The position numbers and the translations under genes are program-made. From Naegleria gruberi (Eukaryota): a stretch of DNA of 64,000 bases. This document shows positions 23,383 through 34,487 of this stretch, piece by piece. Under the pieces are notes generated by a model, which had not been told where the DNA came from, searched no databases, and saw only the letters and a program-made list of their open reading frames with translations. Within the stretch, counting starts at the first letter, position 1, and each line of letters opens with the position of its first letter. Location of the stretch: the NCBI GenBank assembly GCA_000004985.1, contig GG738845.1. One strand, written 5' to 3'.

Positions 23383-24819
23383 TTAATTAACGTATGGACA
23401 ATTGCAAGTGAGAGTATTCGATTCAGAGACGAAAGGTTGACATCCAGAACAAACCCAAACAGAAGAAGTTGAATAGTATTCTGATCCAGATGTTGGCAAA
23501 GAAACTTGGATACATTGTCCCTTACCACTTGCAGATCTCAAAAAAGTAGTACTGAGATCTGGGAAGGCACAATTAGTTACAGAAATGGAATTGCAAGTTC
23601 CCTTAATGAAATCAAAATAGAAGGAACCATCTTCTTGTCTGTGAATGTAAGGCTTGAATGCATAGTTCTTCATTTGTGGTTGATTGAACATTTTGATAAA
23701 TTCTGTGGCAAATCCACTACTTGCACCAGACAATTCAATCTTTTCACCCAATTGACCAATTTTACCATTTCTAGCGTAATGATAAACATAGAATGGAAGT
23801 GTTTGAGCTTGCTCTGATTGAATGTGAGAATATAACGAAGAACGAATGTTCAAAATCTCTTTAACCTTTGCGTCCAAGTATTCTTGGTAAACTTTCTTCA
23901 TATTTTCTTGCTTTGGACCATTTGGGAAAGCTCTCCAAATTGGAACTGATAAGAATTTAACAGGAACTGGGTTGAGACTGAATGTGTTAACTCTCTGCTT
24001 GATATCACTCAATTCTGGATTACCTCCAACAATGTCCAATTGTGAAACTTTGTGATATCTAATGTAGCCACTTGGAAGAGTGTTTGGAGCATCACCGGCT
24101 GCCATTTGCAATTCCAAATCCAAATAATTCTTCATATTAGCATCATTGAAACAAGATCTAACTGAAACAGTCAAATCAACAACTCCACCATACTCAACTT
24201 GATAAAGAATTGAATCTCCAAATGATGAAATAACTAAATTATATAAATCTCTATCCAATGTTGATGGTAAAATATCTAAAATTCTTTGAAAATCTTCAGT
24301 GACTTCAACTTTATCAACTGAAACAGCATGTGTAACATATTGTTGTTGAGCATCCATGACCATCATGTTTCCCTTAAAGTAGTTTGTGAAAATTTCGGCA
24401 GCTCCAGAATTATGACTATACAATCCATTATAAATAGGAACACCATCACCTGGATACACATAATCAAAGAATCTCTCGGCACTATCCATCACATTCAGGA
24501 ATTTAGTGACTGTTTGTGTGACCTTCTTTGCTTGAGGTGATTTAACAATTTGAGGTTTAATAGTGTGATCTATTCTGCTGTATCCAACTCCAGCCACAAT
24601 TGGCAGATCCTCCATTACATTTCTAGAGAGTGGATTGACCCTCACTCCATTACATTTCAATCCCTTCATTCCAATCATACATTTGGCTTCCATCTTTGAG
24701 ATTTGTGTTTTTAATTGAACCTTTGGATCCACAAGAGCCCTCAATCGAGGAGTCTGATTGGAGTAAACAATTAAATTCAACACAACAATGATGAATGAAA
24801 ACATAATTCCACTCTTCAT
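23383..24819 (-). CDS. Secreted protein with a MACPF-like signature and a Cys-rich C-terminus
   Basis: Signal peptide MKSGIMFSFIIVVLNLIVYS. FGDSILYQVEYGG fits the MACPF pattern [YF]G[TD][HS][FYI]x6GG. The C-terminal 60 aa contain 8 Cys. The start could be the upstream Met at 24900. Confidence 0.3.
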   Translation of the reverse strand: MKSGIMFSFIIVVLNLIVYSNQTPRLRALVDPKVQLKTQISKMEAKCMIGMKGLKCNGVRVNPLSRNVMEDLPIVAGVGYSRIDHTIKPQIVKSPQAKKVTQTVTKFLNVMDSAERFFDYVYPGDGVPIYNGLYSHNSGAAEIFTNYFKGNMMVMDAQQQYVTHAVSVDKVEVTEDFQRILDILPSTLDRDLYNLVISSFGDSILYQVEYGGVVDLTVSVRSCFNDANMKNYLDLELQMAAGDAPNTLPSGYIRYHKVSQLDIVGGNPELSDIKQRVNTFSLNPVPVKFLSVPIWRAFPNGPKQENMKKVYQEYLDAKVKEILNIRSSLYSHIQSEQAQTLPFYVYHYARNGKIGQLGEKIELSGASSGFATEFIKMFNQPQMKNYAFKPYIHRQEDGSFYFDFIKGTCNSISVTNCAFPDLSTTFLRSASGKGQCIQVSLPTSGSEYYSTSSVWVCSGCQPFVSESNTLTCNCPYVN

Positions 24820-25364
24820 AACCTTGTTGTTGCATGTTGTATACATGTTTATATTTTTATGATAATTATTAGATTCATCATGCTTTTGAAAAATCAGCAA
24901 TAATTAAAAACTAATTAATGCTGCTGCTGGCTTGATGTTGTTGATGTTGAGGTATTTTCTATTTGTGATGATGAGACCACTACTGCAATGTTGTTATTGT
25001 TCGTCGAGTATTTGGCGAGAGAGGTTTTGGTTGTGTGGTATTTTCAAATTTCCAAAAACAAACTAACTGTAATCAAGTGCTAAATTTGTGCTTGCCTTAC
25101 ACAATTAAGACAGTGAGGGAGATTGCGAAGATTCAAATTACAACTAGTTTAAAGTTTACAAAATATGAAATAGTTGACGAAATTGAAAATGTCTTAACCA
25201 TTTTCTTTACTCTTATTGGTAACTTAAAATATGGAGGTTAGGAAAATTCTCTTGATGAATCACTAGCTTGCGTTTAAATTATGTTAATTAATAATACTTT
25301 ATTTCAACAGAAACCTAACCAAACCATTGACGAAAGGTCAATCCAATGTGTTTCCACACGTCAA

Positions 25365-25934
25365 TTAAATTTCTGTGTATTCTACAGTCTCAGCATTTTC
25401 CTCTTGATTGTTCAATTCATTCTCATCGACTATTTCCTTTTGCAACTCTAAATCTCTCTTATGCCATTCTCTCCACTTTATAGTATCAATTACTTGTATC
25501 TTTCCACTCTTTGGTTTTGCAATTTTGAAACATTGACACAGGGCCAAAGCTGCAAACCAATTGAAAATTTCAAATAATTTCAACCAGAGAGGATCTTCCA
25601 CTCTCACTCCACTGTTTGGATCGTAATCCTCATAACATTTAATAGATGTTAGAGCACCAACAACAAGAAGTAAACATCCAACAATGGCAGAGTTTACAAT
25701 AACAACTACTTGAAGAAGTGATAATTGATAACTCAATGCTGCCACTTCATCCTTGGTAGCATAACTCTACATTCAAATAACAAAATTAAAATACATGTAA
25801 CATGTTCAACAACTTACAGTTGAATTTGTGATGGTAGAATTGGAAATTGTCGAGTTTGTTTGTCCATTCACTTGAATCACAGCAACACTCAACAATATCA
25901 ACAAACAAATGAAACCCTTTAAGGATTGCGACAT
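25365..25934 (-). CDS. Small type-I membrane glycoprotein. Exons 25934..25818 and 25766..25365.
   Basis: Exon 1 encodes the signal peptide MSQSLKGFICLLILLSVAVIQVNG plus NST/NSTI sequons, with donor GTAAGT. Exon 2 has a TM segment LLQVVVIVNSAIVGCLLLVVGAL and an acidic tail. Confidence 0.4.
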
Positions 25935-26520
25935 TTTTTTCATAATATTTCTGAAACACTGCTTTCCATTGAGTGATGCAGGTGTGATACTCCTTATAAT
26001 TGTGTTGCGTAGTGGCTAGATTGTGGTCAGTTTGTTAATTGGTTCACTCAAATATTATGAGTAGAAACGAATCAAAACAATGAAAAGAACTTTCGTACAA
26101 TTCTTAATAATCAAAAATCCCAATTAAATTTAATGATGCTGAGCTGCCCCTGCGAAAAATTCGCTTCATACAAACCCATGAACATTTAAGGTTGAAAGCT
26201 CGGTCAAGATTCTTTACCACCAAAACAGAATCTCAACCAAATCGATTTGCATTTTTATTTTTAATTTTATTTTTAAATATTCATTCTTCCTTCCGACCTA
26301 CTAGTTGGAACATGGCTAAAACCAATTAGACCATGTTGCCTAATAACTCTAAATTATCGTATTCATCATCGCCTTCAATGAACATCGTCATCAGACGCTG
26401 CGTCTTTTTGTTAGTTGTGTGTTCTTGTTGCTTCCACAAGGAAATGTGATAACAACGATAAGATTCATTGAAAAAGCCCAAAAAGCAACAGACATAACAG
26501 AAACACACAATTAAAAAAAA

Positions 26521-29500
26521 ATGGCAGATGATGCACATATCGAATTGATAGATGCGACTGCCCCAGCCGCAAATACTGGAGCCTCCAGCTCAAACAATAA
26601 TACAACAACGAATAATACATTTGCAGAGGCTGTAAGAAAATCCTTGGATTATATTCAACATGCTACTACAAATAGGCCAAGTACTGACAGGAAAGCACCA
26701 TCTACAGAAGTAGGTGCCATCTTTGAAGAAGTCCGTCAAAGTATTGACTTGGTCAGAAGTATGCAAGAACAGGAACAAAAAACTGGTAAGAAGGGAAAGA
26801 AGAACAAGGTTTTGGAGAAGGCCAAGAAAAAGGCTATTGATATTACCGAACACGAGATGCCAGTAGAGAAATTGTTGGACTTATATGGCTCTAATTTTGC
26901 TTCTGACCCGGAAGCTTCCCAAGGTTTGAGTGAAAAGGTTGCTCAAGAACGTTTAGCTGTCAATGGTCCTAACAAATTGAAACCACCTAAGAAGAAGCCA
27001 TTTATTTTCAAGGTTATTGAACAATTTACAAGTTTATTCTCTTTGTTGATGATTTTTGCCGGATTCTTATGTATTTTGGATCCTATTATTGAACAAAGTG
27101 TAGACTCAATTCCTAATGTCTTTTTGGGTGTCATTTTGTGGGCTGTCGTCGTTTTGAATGCCGCCATTTCATTGGTACAAGAAAGAGGAAGTGAAAAAGT
27201 ATTGGAAGGTTTTATGTCTATGCAAAAGAGTTCAGTTTTAGTTGTAAGAGATGGTGTTTTAAGAAAAGTTGATGCGGATACACTCGTTTTGGGTGATATT
27301 GTTAAAATTGAAGCTGGTGACATTGTTCCAGCCGATTTGAGACTTTTACATACAAGTGGTTTGAAGGTAGATAACAGTTCTTTGACTGGTGAAGCTGATC
27401 CTCAAAGCAGAACATCCGAATCTAGTTCTTCAAATCCATTGGAAACAGCCAACTTGGCTTTCTTTGGTACAACTGTTCTTGACGGAAGTGGATACGGAAT
27501 TGTAATTAGATGTGGTAACGTTACAGTCATTGGTCAAATTGCTCTCCTTGCTGGTACTGCTCCTACTTTGAAGACTCCATTGAGAAGAGAAATTGATAAC
27601 TTTGTTAGAAGTATTGGTATTATTGCCTTGACCAGTTCTGTTATCTTGTTTTGTATTGCTTTGGGTCTCGGACTCAGTTGGTATCAAGCTTTCCTTTTTG
27701 CTATTGGTGTAGTTACTGCAAATATTCCAGAAGGTTTAATTGCCGTCGTTACTGTTTGCTTGACTGTTTCTGCTAAGAGATTGATGGCTGTTAATGTCCT
27801 TGTTAAAAAATTAGAACACGTCGAAACTTTGGGTAGTACATCTGTAATTTGCTCAGATAAGACAGGTACTTTAACTCAAAACAGAATGACTGTTGTTGAA
27901 ACTTGGATTGACGGTAATGTTAATGCTATTGCTTATGAAAGAATGATGAAAGCAAAACCAGAAAAGCCTGCAAGTGAACTCCCAGATATGAGTCAAATTT
28001 CTGAAGAAGCTTTGACAGGTTATCAAACTCTTATCAGAGCATGTGCATTGTGCAGTGCTACTACCTTTGTTCAATCTGAAACCAATCTTGCCAAGCCAAT
28101 TCTTGACAGAGAATGTATTGGTGATGCTTCTGAAACAGCCCTTATTAAGTTTGTTGAAACTAGAAATGATACAGCTACTCTTCTAGGTATTAGAGGAGCA
28201 CACACCAGTCTCTACACTATTCCATTCAATTCCAAGAATAAGTGGATGTTGGAAGTTCGTGAAAAACCAGGTTTGGATAAGGCTATTCTTTTTATGAAGG
28301 GTGCCCCAGAAAGAATTATCAGTAGATGTACATCAATCTTAATTGGTGGTAAGGTCTTCCCATTGGATGAAATGTGGAAGAATAACTTCCAACAAGCTTA
28401 TGACTTCTTTGCTATGAAAGGTGAACGTGTCTTGGGTTTTGCTCAATTGATGATTGATAAGGAATGTGTAAAGAAACAATTAGAAGCAGAAGAATCAGGT
28501 GGTACATCTGACGGTTTGTTGATTCCGACTGAAGGTTTGACATTTGTTGGCATGTGTGCTTTGACTGATCCTCCAAAGGTTGGTGTTCCAGAAGCTATTG
28601 CTAAATGTAAACATGCTGGTATTCAAGTTGTCATGGTTACAGGTGATCACCCTGCTACTGCTAAGGCTATTGCTAAACAAGTTGGTATTCTTAATGACGA
28701 CTGTATGACTAGAGAAGATCTTGCCATGGATGAAGGATGTTCCGCAGAATCCATTCCATTTAGTAGACCAGAAGTTGATGCTGTTGTTTTGCATGGTGAA
28801 GAAATTGACAAACTCTCTTCTAAGGAATGGAGAGCAATTTTGAAGAAGAAACAAATTGTATTTTCCAGAACTTCTCCTCAACAAAAATTGTTAATTGTCA
28901 GCAAATTCCAAGAAATGGGTCACTGTGTTGCTGTTACTGGTGATGGTACTAACGACTCTCCTGCTTTGAGAAAGGCTGATATTGGTGTTGCTATGAATAT
29001 TTCTGGTTCTGCTGTTTCTAAGGATGCAGCTGCTATTATTTTGATGGATGATAACTTTGCTTCAATTGTTAACGGTGTTGAAGAAGGTAGATTGATTTTC
29101 GATAACTTGAAGAAGTCTATTGCTTATACTTTGACTCACGCCATTCCAGAAGTTAGTAGTTTCTTGGTTTATGCTATTTTTGGTATTCCACTCCCATTGA
29201 CTGGTGTTCAAGTCTTGATGATTGACTTGGGTACTGAATTGATGAATGCTATTTCTCTTGCTTATGAACCTGCTGAAAGTGATATTATGTCTGTTCCTCC
29301 AAGAAGTAAGACAGAGAGACTTGTCGGTTTCCAACTTTTCTCTTATTCATATCTCCAAGTTGGTGTAATTGAGGCTCTTGGTTGTTATTGTTGTTATTTC
29401 CTTGCTCTTGCTTTCTATGGTGTTCCACCATCATATTGTTGGAATGCTTCTAGATCAAACTACTTTACAGCCACTGCTCCAGACTTGCACATTATTGAAA

Positions 29501-29862
29501 CAGGTCTCAAGATTTCTGCTAAACATCAAGTAGATATTTTGTGTACTGCTCAAACAGCTTATTTCCTTTGTATTGTCATTTGCCAATGGGCTACCTTAAT
29601 GTCAACAAGAACAAGAAGAACATCTGTATTCTTTAAGGGATTCTCTGCAAACTTGTGGATTTATGCAGGTGTTGTTTTTGCTGTACTTTTGACTTGTTTC
29701 TTCTTATACGTTCCTTTCATTTCAGATTTCATTTTCCAAATTAGACCTGTCAGTATTGACTTTTGGTTGTGGCCAGTTCCTTGGGCTTTTGGTGTTTTGT
29801 TCTATGACGAACTTAGAAAATTATTATTGAGAAAGTTGAAGATTTCTGCCATTGCCTGGTAA
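26521..29862 (+). CDS. P-type cation-transporting ATPase, type IIC (Na+/K+- or H+/K+-ATPase alpha-subunit-like), 1113-aa single exon
   Basis: Phosphorylation motif ICSDKTGTLTQNRMTV, hinge VAVTGDGTNDSPALRKADIGVAMNISGS and a TGES-region equivalent. The N-terminal Lys-rich tail and 10-TM architecture are typical of Na,K-ATPase alpha. Confidence 0.9.
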   Translation: MADDAHIELIDATAPAANTGASSSNNNTTTNNTFAEAVRKSLDYIQHATTNRPSTDRKAPSTEVGAIFEEVRQSIDLVRSMQEQEQKTGKKGKKNKVLEKAKKKAIDITEHEMPVEKLLDLYGSNFASDPEASQGLSEKVAQERLAVNGPNKLKPPKKKPFIFKVIEQFTSLFSLLMIFAGFLCILDPIIEQSVDSIPNVFLGVILWAVVVLNAAISLVQERGSEKVLEGFMSMQKSSVLVVRDGVLRKVDADTLVLGDIVKIEAGDIVPADLRLLHTSGLKVDNSSLTGEADPQSRTSESSSSNPLETANLAFFGTTVLDGSGYGIVIRCGNVTVIGQIALLAGTAPTLKTPLRREIDNFVRSIGIIALTSSVILFCIALGLGLSWYQAFLFAIGVVTANIPEGLIAVVTVCLTVSAKRLMAVNVLVKKLEHVETLGSTSVICSDKTGTLTQNRMTVVETWIDGNVNAIAYERMMKAKPEKPASELPDMSQISEEALTGYQTLIRACALCSATTFVQSETNLAKPILDRECIGDASETALIKFVETRNDTATLLGIRGAHTSLYTIPFNSKNKWMLEVREKPGLDKAILFMKGAPERIISRCTSILIGGKVFPLDEMWKNNFQQAYDFFAMKGERVLGFAQLMIDKECVKKQLEAEESGGTSDGLLIPTEGLTFVGMCALTDPPKVGVPEAIAKCKHAGIQVVMVTGDHPATAKAIAKQVGILNDDCMTREDLAMDEGCSAESIPFSRPEVDAVVLHGEEIDKLSSKEWRAILKKKQIVFSRTSPQQKLLIVSKFQEMGHCVAVTGDGTNDSPALRKADIGVAMNISGSAVSKDAAAIILMDDNFASIVNGVEEGRLIFDNLKKSIAYTLTHAIPEVSSFLVYAIFGIPLPLTGVQVLMIDLGTELMNAISLAYEPAESDIMSVPPRSKTERLVGFQLFSYSYLQVGVIEALGCYCCYFLALAFYGVPPSYCWNASRSNYFTATAPDLHIIETGLKISAKHQVDILCTAQTAYFLCIVICQWATLMSTRTRRTSVFFKGFSANLWIYAGVVFAVLLTCFFLYVPFISDFIFQIRPVSIDFWLWPVPWAFGVLFYDELRKLLLRKLKISAIAW

Positions 29863-30065
29863 ACTAAAATAAAACCTAAATTATTCTAAAATCAGATTAA
29901 TCTGAATATCTAGCTTTCCAAGTTTCTGATTTAACAGAATAGACGAACATTGAGAGATACACAACTACCTATTGTAGACGGGTTTTTCCTTACAACCGTA
30001 AATTAATTTCGCCTCTATTGTCTGTTGAGACTCTTTCCATAACCTCAGTCTCAAAAGAAACCAAA

Positions 30066-30920
30066 ATGCAATTTTCAAAAGTTTCAAAAAAAATACAATT
30101 AAACATAATGATGCAACAACAGTCAACAACAACATCACAAGAGACCATAACAACACCAACAACTTCCGATGCATTGTCACGAGATGAAATCGAATATAAA
30201 CAGAAGGAAAAACAGCAACAATTCGATGAAGAAAAATCATTGACATCTCCGACATCTTTTACTACCACTACTTCTCAACAACAACAACAGAAGCAAACTT
30301 TGGACAATAAACAACAAGAAATTAATGAAAGTAATAAGACATTGAATAGTAAAGAATTATCTGGTCCTAATAAATCAAATAAATCGGAGAGTTTGGAGCA
30401 TCCCATGTCTATCAAGGAATTTCTCAAGATTACAATTCTTCCTCGATGGTATTCAGTGCCCAACAAGGTGAGTGAAGCAAGAGATATGTTGGCAACAGTA
30501 AGTTTCACTCAGATGATGGAATTTTTAACTTTATAATAACAGGAAAGAACCATGTTGAGTTGGTATAGAACTGCATTTTCAATTTTGGGTGTTGGAATTG
30601 CTGTTTCGAGGAGTAAGTTTCTATATATAAGAGTGTTTATATTGATTTATTGATATATGATAGTGAAAAAATCTGATGGTTCTGTAATTCCAAAGGTTGT
30701 TGGAGCAATTTCATGTTCACTAGCTATGATTTTAATCATGTATGCTCATTTGAGATATTATGCAGTTATGAAATCTCTATTCGAATGTAAGTTGAAAGAG
30801 TTTTGTGTCTATATTAACTCGACAATAGATCACTTTTCTGCTGATACATTATCTCCTCCTTTCATTCTCCTTATTGGCTTGCTAATTTGTGTCATTGCTG
30901 TTCTTTTATTCTTTGTGTAA
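30066..30920 (+). CDS. DUF202 (YidH/VTC-type) membrane-domain protein, paralogue A. Exons approximately 30066..30497, 30543..30612 and 30664..30920, with a possible extra 51-nt intron at about 30787-30837.
   Basis: Conserved PRWYSVPNKVSEARDMLA | ERTMLSWYRTAFSILGVGIAVS (the ERTxL[AS]WxRT DUF202 motif) spans a 45-nt intron. C-terminal TM helices follow. An S/T/Q-rich N-terminal region precedes the domain. Confidence 0.55.
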
Positions 30921-31027
30921 ATAACCCCCTAAACTTAATTTTGATATAATAAATTAATTTATTTAAACTCGAATTTCAGTATTATATTTACATTCTAATC
31001 AATTGGTTGTTGCTCATTTAAATTCAT

Positions 31028-32090
31028 TCAATTAACAAAGACAAGTGCCAAAGCAAGAATACACACAACCATTCCAAATAAAAACATGAAAGGAGGTGCA
31101 AATAAATCGGCCACATACATGCCACCAATCAATCGTCTTGTTGCGTATTGGAATCGAATGAAAGAGTAAATGAAAATCAATAAACCCAAAATTACAAAAA
31201 TTGTTCCAATAGAAACCATTAGAATTTTAACTTCTGCAGTATCAGACGAAGATGTTAACACTAAAAAATCAGTACATGCATTCTCTTGAAAACTTACATT
31301 TGGAAACTGCAATACCAATTGCCACAATTGACAATGCAGTTCTAACCCAAGCTAATTGAGTTCTCTCCACAGCCAACAAATCTCTTGCTTCTGATTGTTT
31401 GTTTGGATGAAAGGTCCACCTAGGAATGAAACCCATTAAATAATCAAGAGAATATCTCTTATTGGATGATTGTCCTGTTATTGTAGATTCATCTTTATGA
31501 TGTTGTTCCTTTTCCTCAGCTGAGGGTGACATTATAACGTCCTTCTTCTTATCAACATTAATATCTTTTAATTCAATTTCCATTAGCAAATCATCATCGG
31601 ATTTTACCTCATCCGAAAGGTTATTACCACTTGTATGCATCATGACAGATCCTCCACATTGTAATTCTTCTTCTTGTGTTTCATCTAGTAATTGCAAGGA
31701 TGCACCAGCGAGCTTTGATTTTGAAAAATTCATTCCTGATGATGGTGGTGGTAGTGAGGAGAAAGGTTGTAATTTTTTGTTTTCTTCTTGATTGATAATT
31801 GTCGTTATTGTATTGTCCATTTGTGTTTCATCCGATTTGGGAGTGGTTATGGTAATATCGATTATTGGCAATGATGATAATGAAGTATTGGATGCATGTT
31901 CTTCTGTTGATGATGGTAGTGATTGAGCGGCATTTTGCTTTGAATCTTCATCTTGTTGATGATGATTTATATTTGATAAGGAAGAGCTTAATTGCTCACT
32001 CCTCTCCACACTTCCTCCAAAACTCACAGACCTCTGCAAAATGGTATCAAGTCGGGGTGATGTTGTTATTGTTATTGTCGTTTGCGACAT
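31028..32090 (-). CDS. DUF202 (YidH/VTC-type) membrane-domain protein, paralogue B. Exons 32090..31298 and 31260..31028.
   Basis: IPRWTFHPNKQSEARDLLAVERTQLAWVRTALSIVAIGIAVSK, then a 37-nt GTAAGT..TTTTAG intron, then TM helices (…GMYVADLFAPPFMFLFGMVVCILALALVFVN) that are collinear with paralogue A. Confidence 0.55.
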
Positions 32091-32959
32091 TTTTTCATCA
32101 AAAGTTACTGACTTCTGTGATTCTCAATAACAATTTCCCTTATTTTCTTCTGGCCATTATTATTGCGCCATTTTATTTGTCGGCTAAATTCAGAGCCTAA
32201 AATTTCATAATTCATATGAAATTTTGTTATGAAAACTCTAGAATAAATAAACAAGATGTTTGCTGAATGTTATTGAGGACTTTTTATATGAATTTTGTTG
32301 TTTTGGTTGTGTGTGACTAATTCATGCTCCTTAAAACCTTTTCAAAATATTAGATTGTTCTCTTGTATCTTCTTTGAAATCTCGATAACTAGATTAGGTT
32401 GTATTTTTTTTAAAATTTTACTGAAAAACCATTATTTCAAATTCATTTTTCAATACAAGACCTTATTAAAATCTGTCGAAGTTGAATTAGTAATTTCTTG
32501 TTGTGCTTGTTTAATTTTTTAAACTTAATATTCAATTTCTTTGTTGTGTTTGTTTAATTTTTTGTTTATTTATTTAGTTATGTTTGTTTATTTTTTTGTG
32601 GATGTTAAATTGTTTGTTGATTTTTTATGTTTTTAATTACAATAGAAAGTTGTAAAATGTAGTTTCAAATTTAAAAATTCATTTACATTATCTGATTTTA
32701 AATTCTTCTCTTCAAATCTATCAAGAGGGCGGTTAGATCAGTCTTATTTTGGCTAGAAAGATGAAGAGGTGAAAGAATTTGTTGTTTATTGTGAGCGTAA
32801 GATGATAACTTTTCAACATACTAATAATTCTTTTGTGAAGATTTTACATCTTCAATCTTCTCCTCTAATAATTGAAAATATGCCACTAATTGAAGCAGCA
32901 TACAAAATGGTAAACTTAGAATCAAATTTCGTAAACACGGATAAATGAAAATGATTAAG

Positions 32960-33160
32960 GCAACTACAAAATTATCAATAAAATATTCACTCTAGAAAGC
33001 GGATTCAAAGAGAAATTAAAATGCTGTCTCTTTTTATATGTCGTTGTTAGGGGCGAAATATTTGTAGTGGTTTTAATAATAAATAACAAATCATATTTAA
33101 AAGAATTAATTTGATTTTCTTGATGAAATAAAATGTGATAGGTTTGATGTTCCATTTTTT
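32960..33160 (-). repeat. Repeat family R1, copy f
   Basis: aacaaatcatatttaaaagaattaatttgattttcttgatgaaataaaatgtgataggtttgatgttccat matches the R1 head. Confidence 0.8.
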
Positions 33161-33648
33161 TTAGATTCTTTTTATTCAAAAACTAAACCTCTAAAGTAAT
33201 ATATCCCAACCCCTTTTTGGATATTGGTGAATAAATTTATTGTAATTGAGTTGATAAGCTAATAAATATTCGTAAAGTGATTTGACTGGGATAGATATTG
33301 GATATTAATATACTCTTTGAGAATGCAGATAGTGGTATTTCTTGGATATTGGAATTGGTTGTCATTTAGTTTGGTACTGAAAGACATTTTCATCACACTC
33401 TTTGAGAATTGGTGAATAAAGTTTCTTCCTTTACAACGAAACTCTTAAGTACAATAAACATGGGTTTTCCAATTTAAAATCAATCAACATTATCAAGAGG
33501 TAACAAATAATGAAATCTTGTATTTAACGGTTCTAACATTTTCCCTTAAAGTATCCAAAATAGACCCCAATGCCTTCTTCTTTCATTGTTAAAATTTCAG
33601 TTTCCATTTGTCCATTTCATTTTCCCACTAATTTTGTTACAATAAAAA

Positions 33649-34467
33649 ATGCCTGCTATTGAAATCCACATAACACTGGCGAAAGGTAAATCTGGTAAGA
33701 CAAGAATTAAAGCCTTCGCTGATGGTTATTCCGTAACCGGATATATTAAACGTGTTTCTCACGATGTTTGTGTTGTGAGAATGGAAGCAGGAAGAAAGGA
33801 AAGGATTATTGCTTGCCTTGCAGCAATTGCACAAGAATTAATGGATGACTCAAATTTTGAATTAATATTTAGTTCTATTAAGCCGTTGTTGGGCAGAAGA
33901 GAATACAATAAATTTTCCATAATTACGGACCAACAATGGAAGAAGAATTGCCAACTTGCTGTTTCGTCCGATGAAACTTCTATTCCCCAAACCACAGTTA
34001 ATAAGGAGGTTGTGTTTCAAAAAACAAACGTTAAGAACATGTTGGAGCAAATTATGGCAGAGATGTCTGAGAGTGACGTATCCGAGAGTGATCCAAACAT
34101 AGCAAATCAACCCACTCCATCAAGACTAAAGTATTCCCTATTCGAAAACTCTACAAAGTACGTGGTAGAAGTGTCTGCTCCCTTTATACCTATTGAGAGC
34201 ATTCATGTAGAATACACACTTGGAAAACTCAGCATACAGACACAGACAATAGTTAACTCCTATCACAATGGTATGAGACCTATTCAAGAAGGCTTCAAAT
34301 ATGGTGGATACACTCACACTGAAATAATTCTCCCTCCTTCCGCTGGTGGATTAGATTTTGATAACATTTTTCTTGATAAGGGTATTCTAATTGTGACTGT
34401 CCTTAAAAAAAAGGTGATAAAAGAGATTCCAATAATAAAGCCACAAGATATGAAAGTTCATCAATAA
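33649..34467 (+). CDS. HSP20/alpha-crystallin-domain protein
   Basis: The C-terminal about 100 aa (YVVEVSAPFIPIESIHVEY..GKLSIQ...GFKYGGYTHTEIILP...GILIVTV) fit the sHSP beta-sandwich pattern. The N-terminal 150 aa have no assignable motifs. Confidence 0.45.
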   Translation: MPAIEIHITLAKGKSGKTRIKAFADGYSVTGYIKRVSHDVCVVRMEAGRKERIIACLAAIAQELMDDSNFELIFSSIKPLLGRREYNKFSIITDQQWKKNCQLAVSSDETSIPQTTVNKEVVFQKTNVKNMLEQIMAEMSESDVSESDPNIANQPTPSRLKYSLFENSTKYVVEVSAPFIPIESIHVEYTLGKLSIQTQTIVNSYHNGMRPIQEGFKYGGYTHTEIILPPSAGGLDFDNIFLDKGILIVTVLKKKVIKEIPIIKPQDMKVHQ

Positions 34468-34487
34468 ATGAAAGAATAGTATTATCT

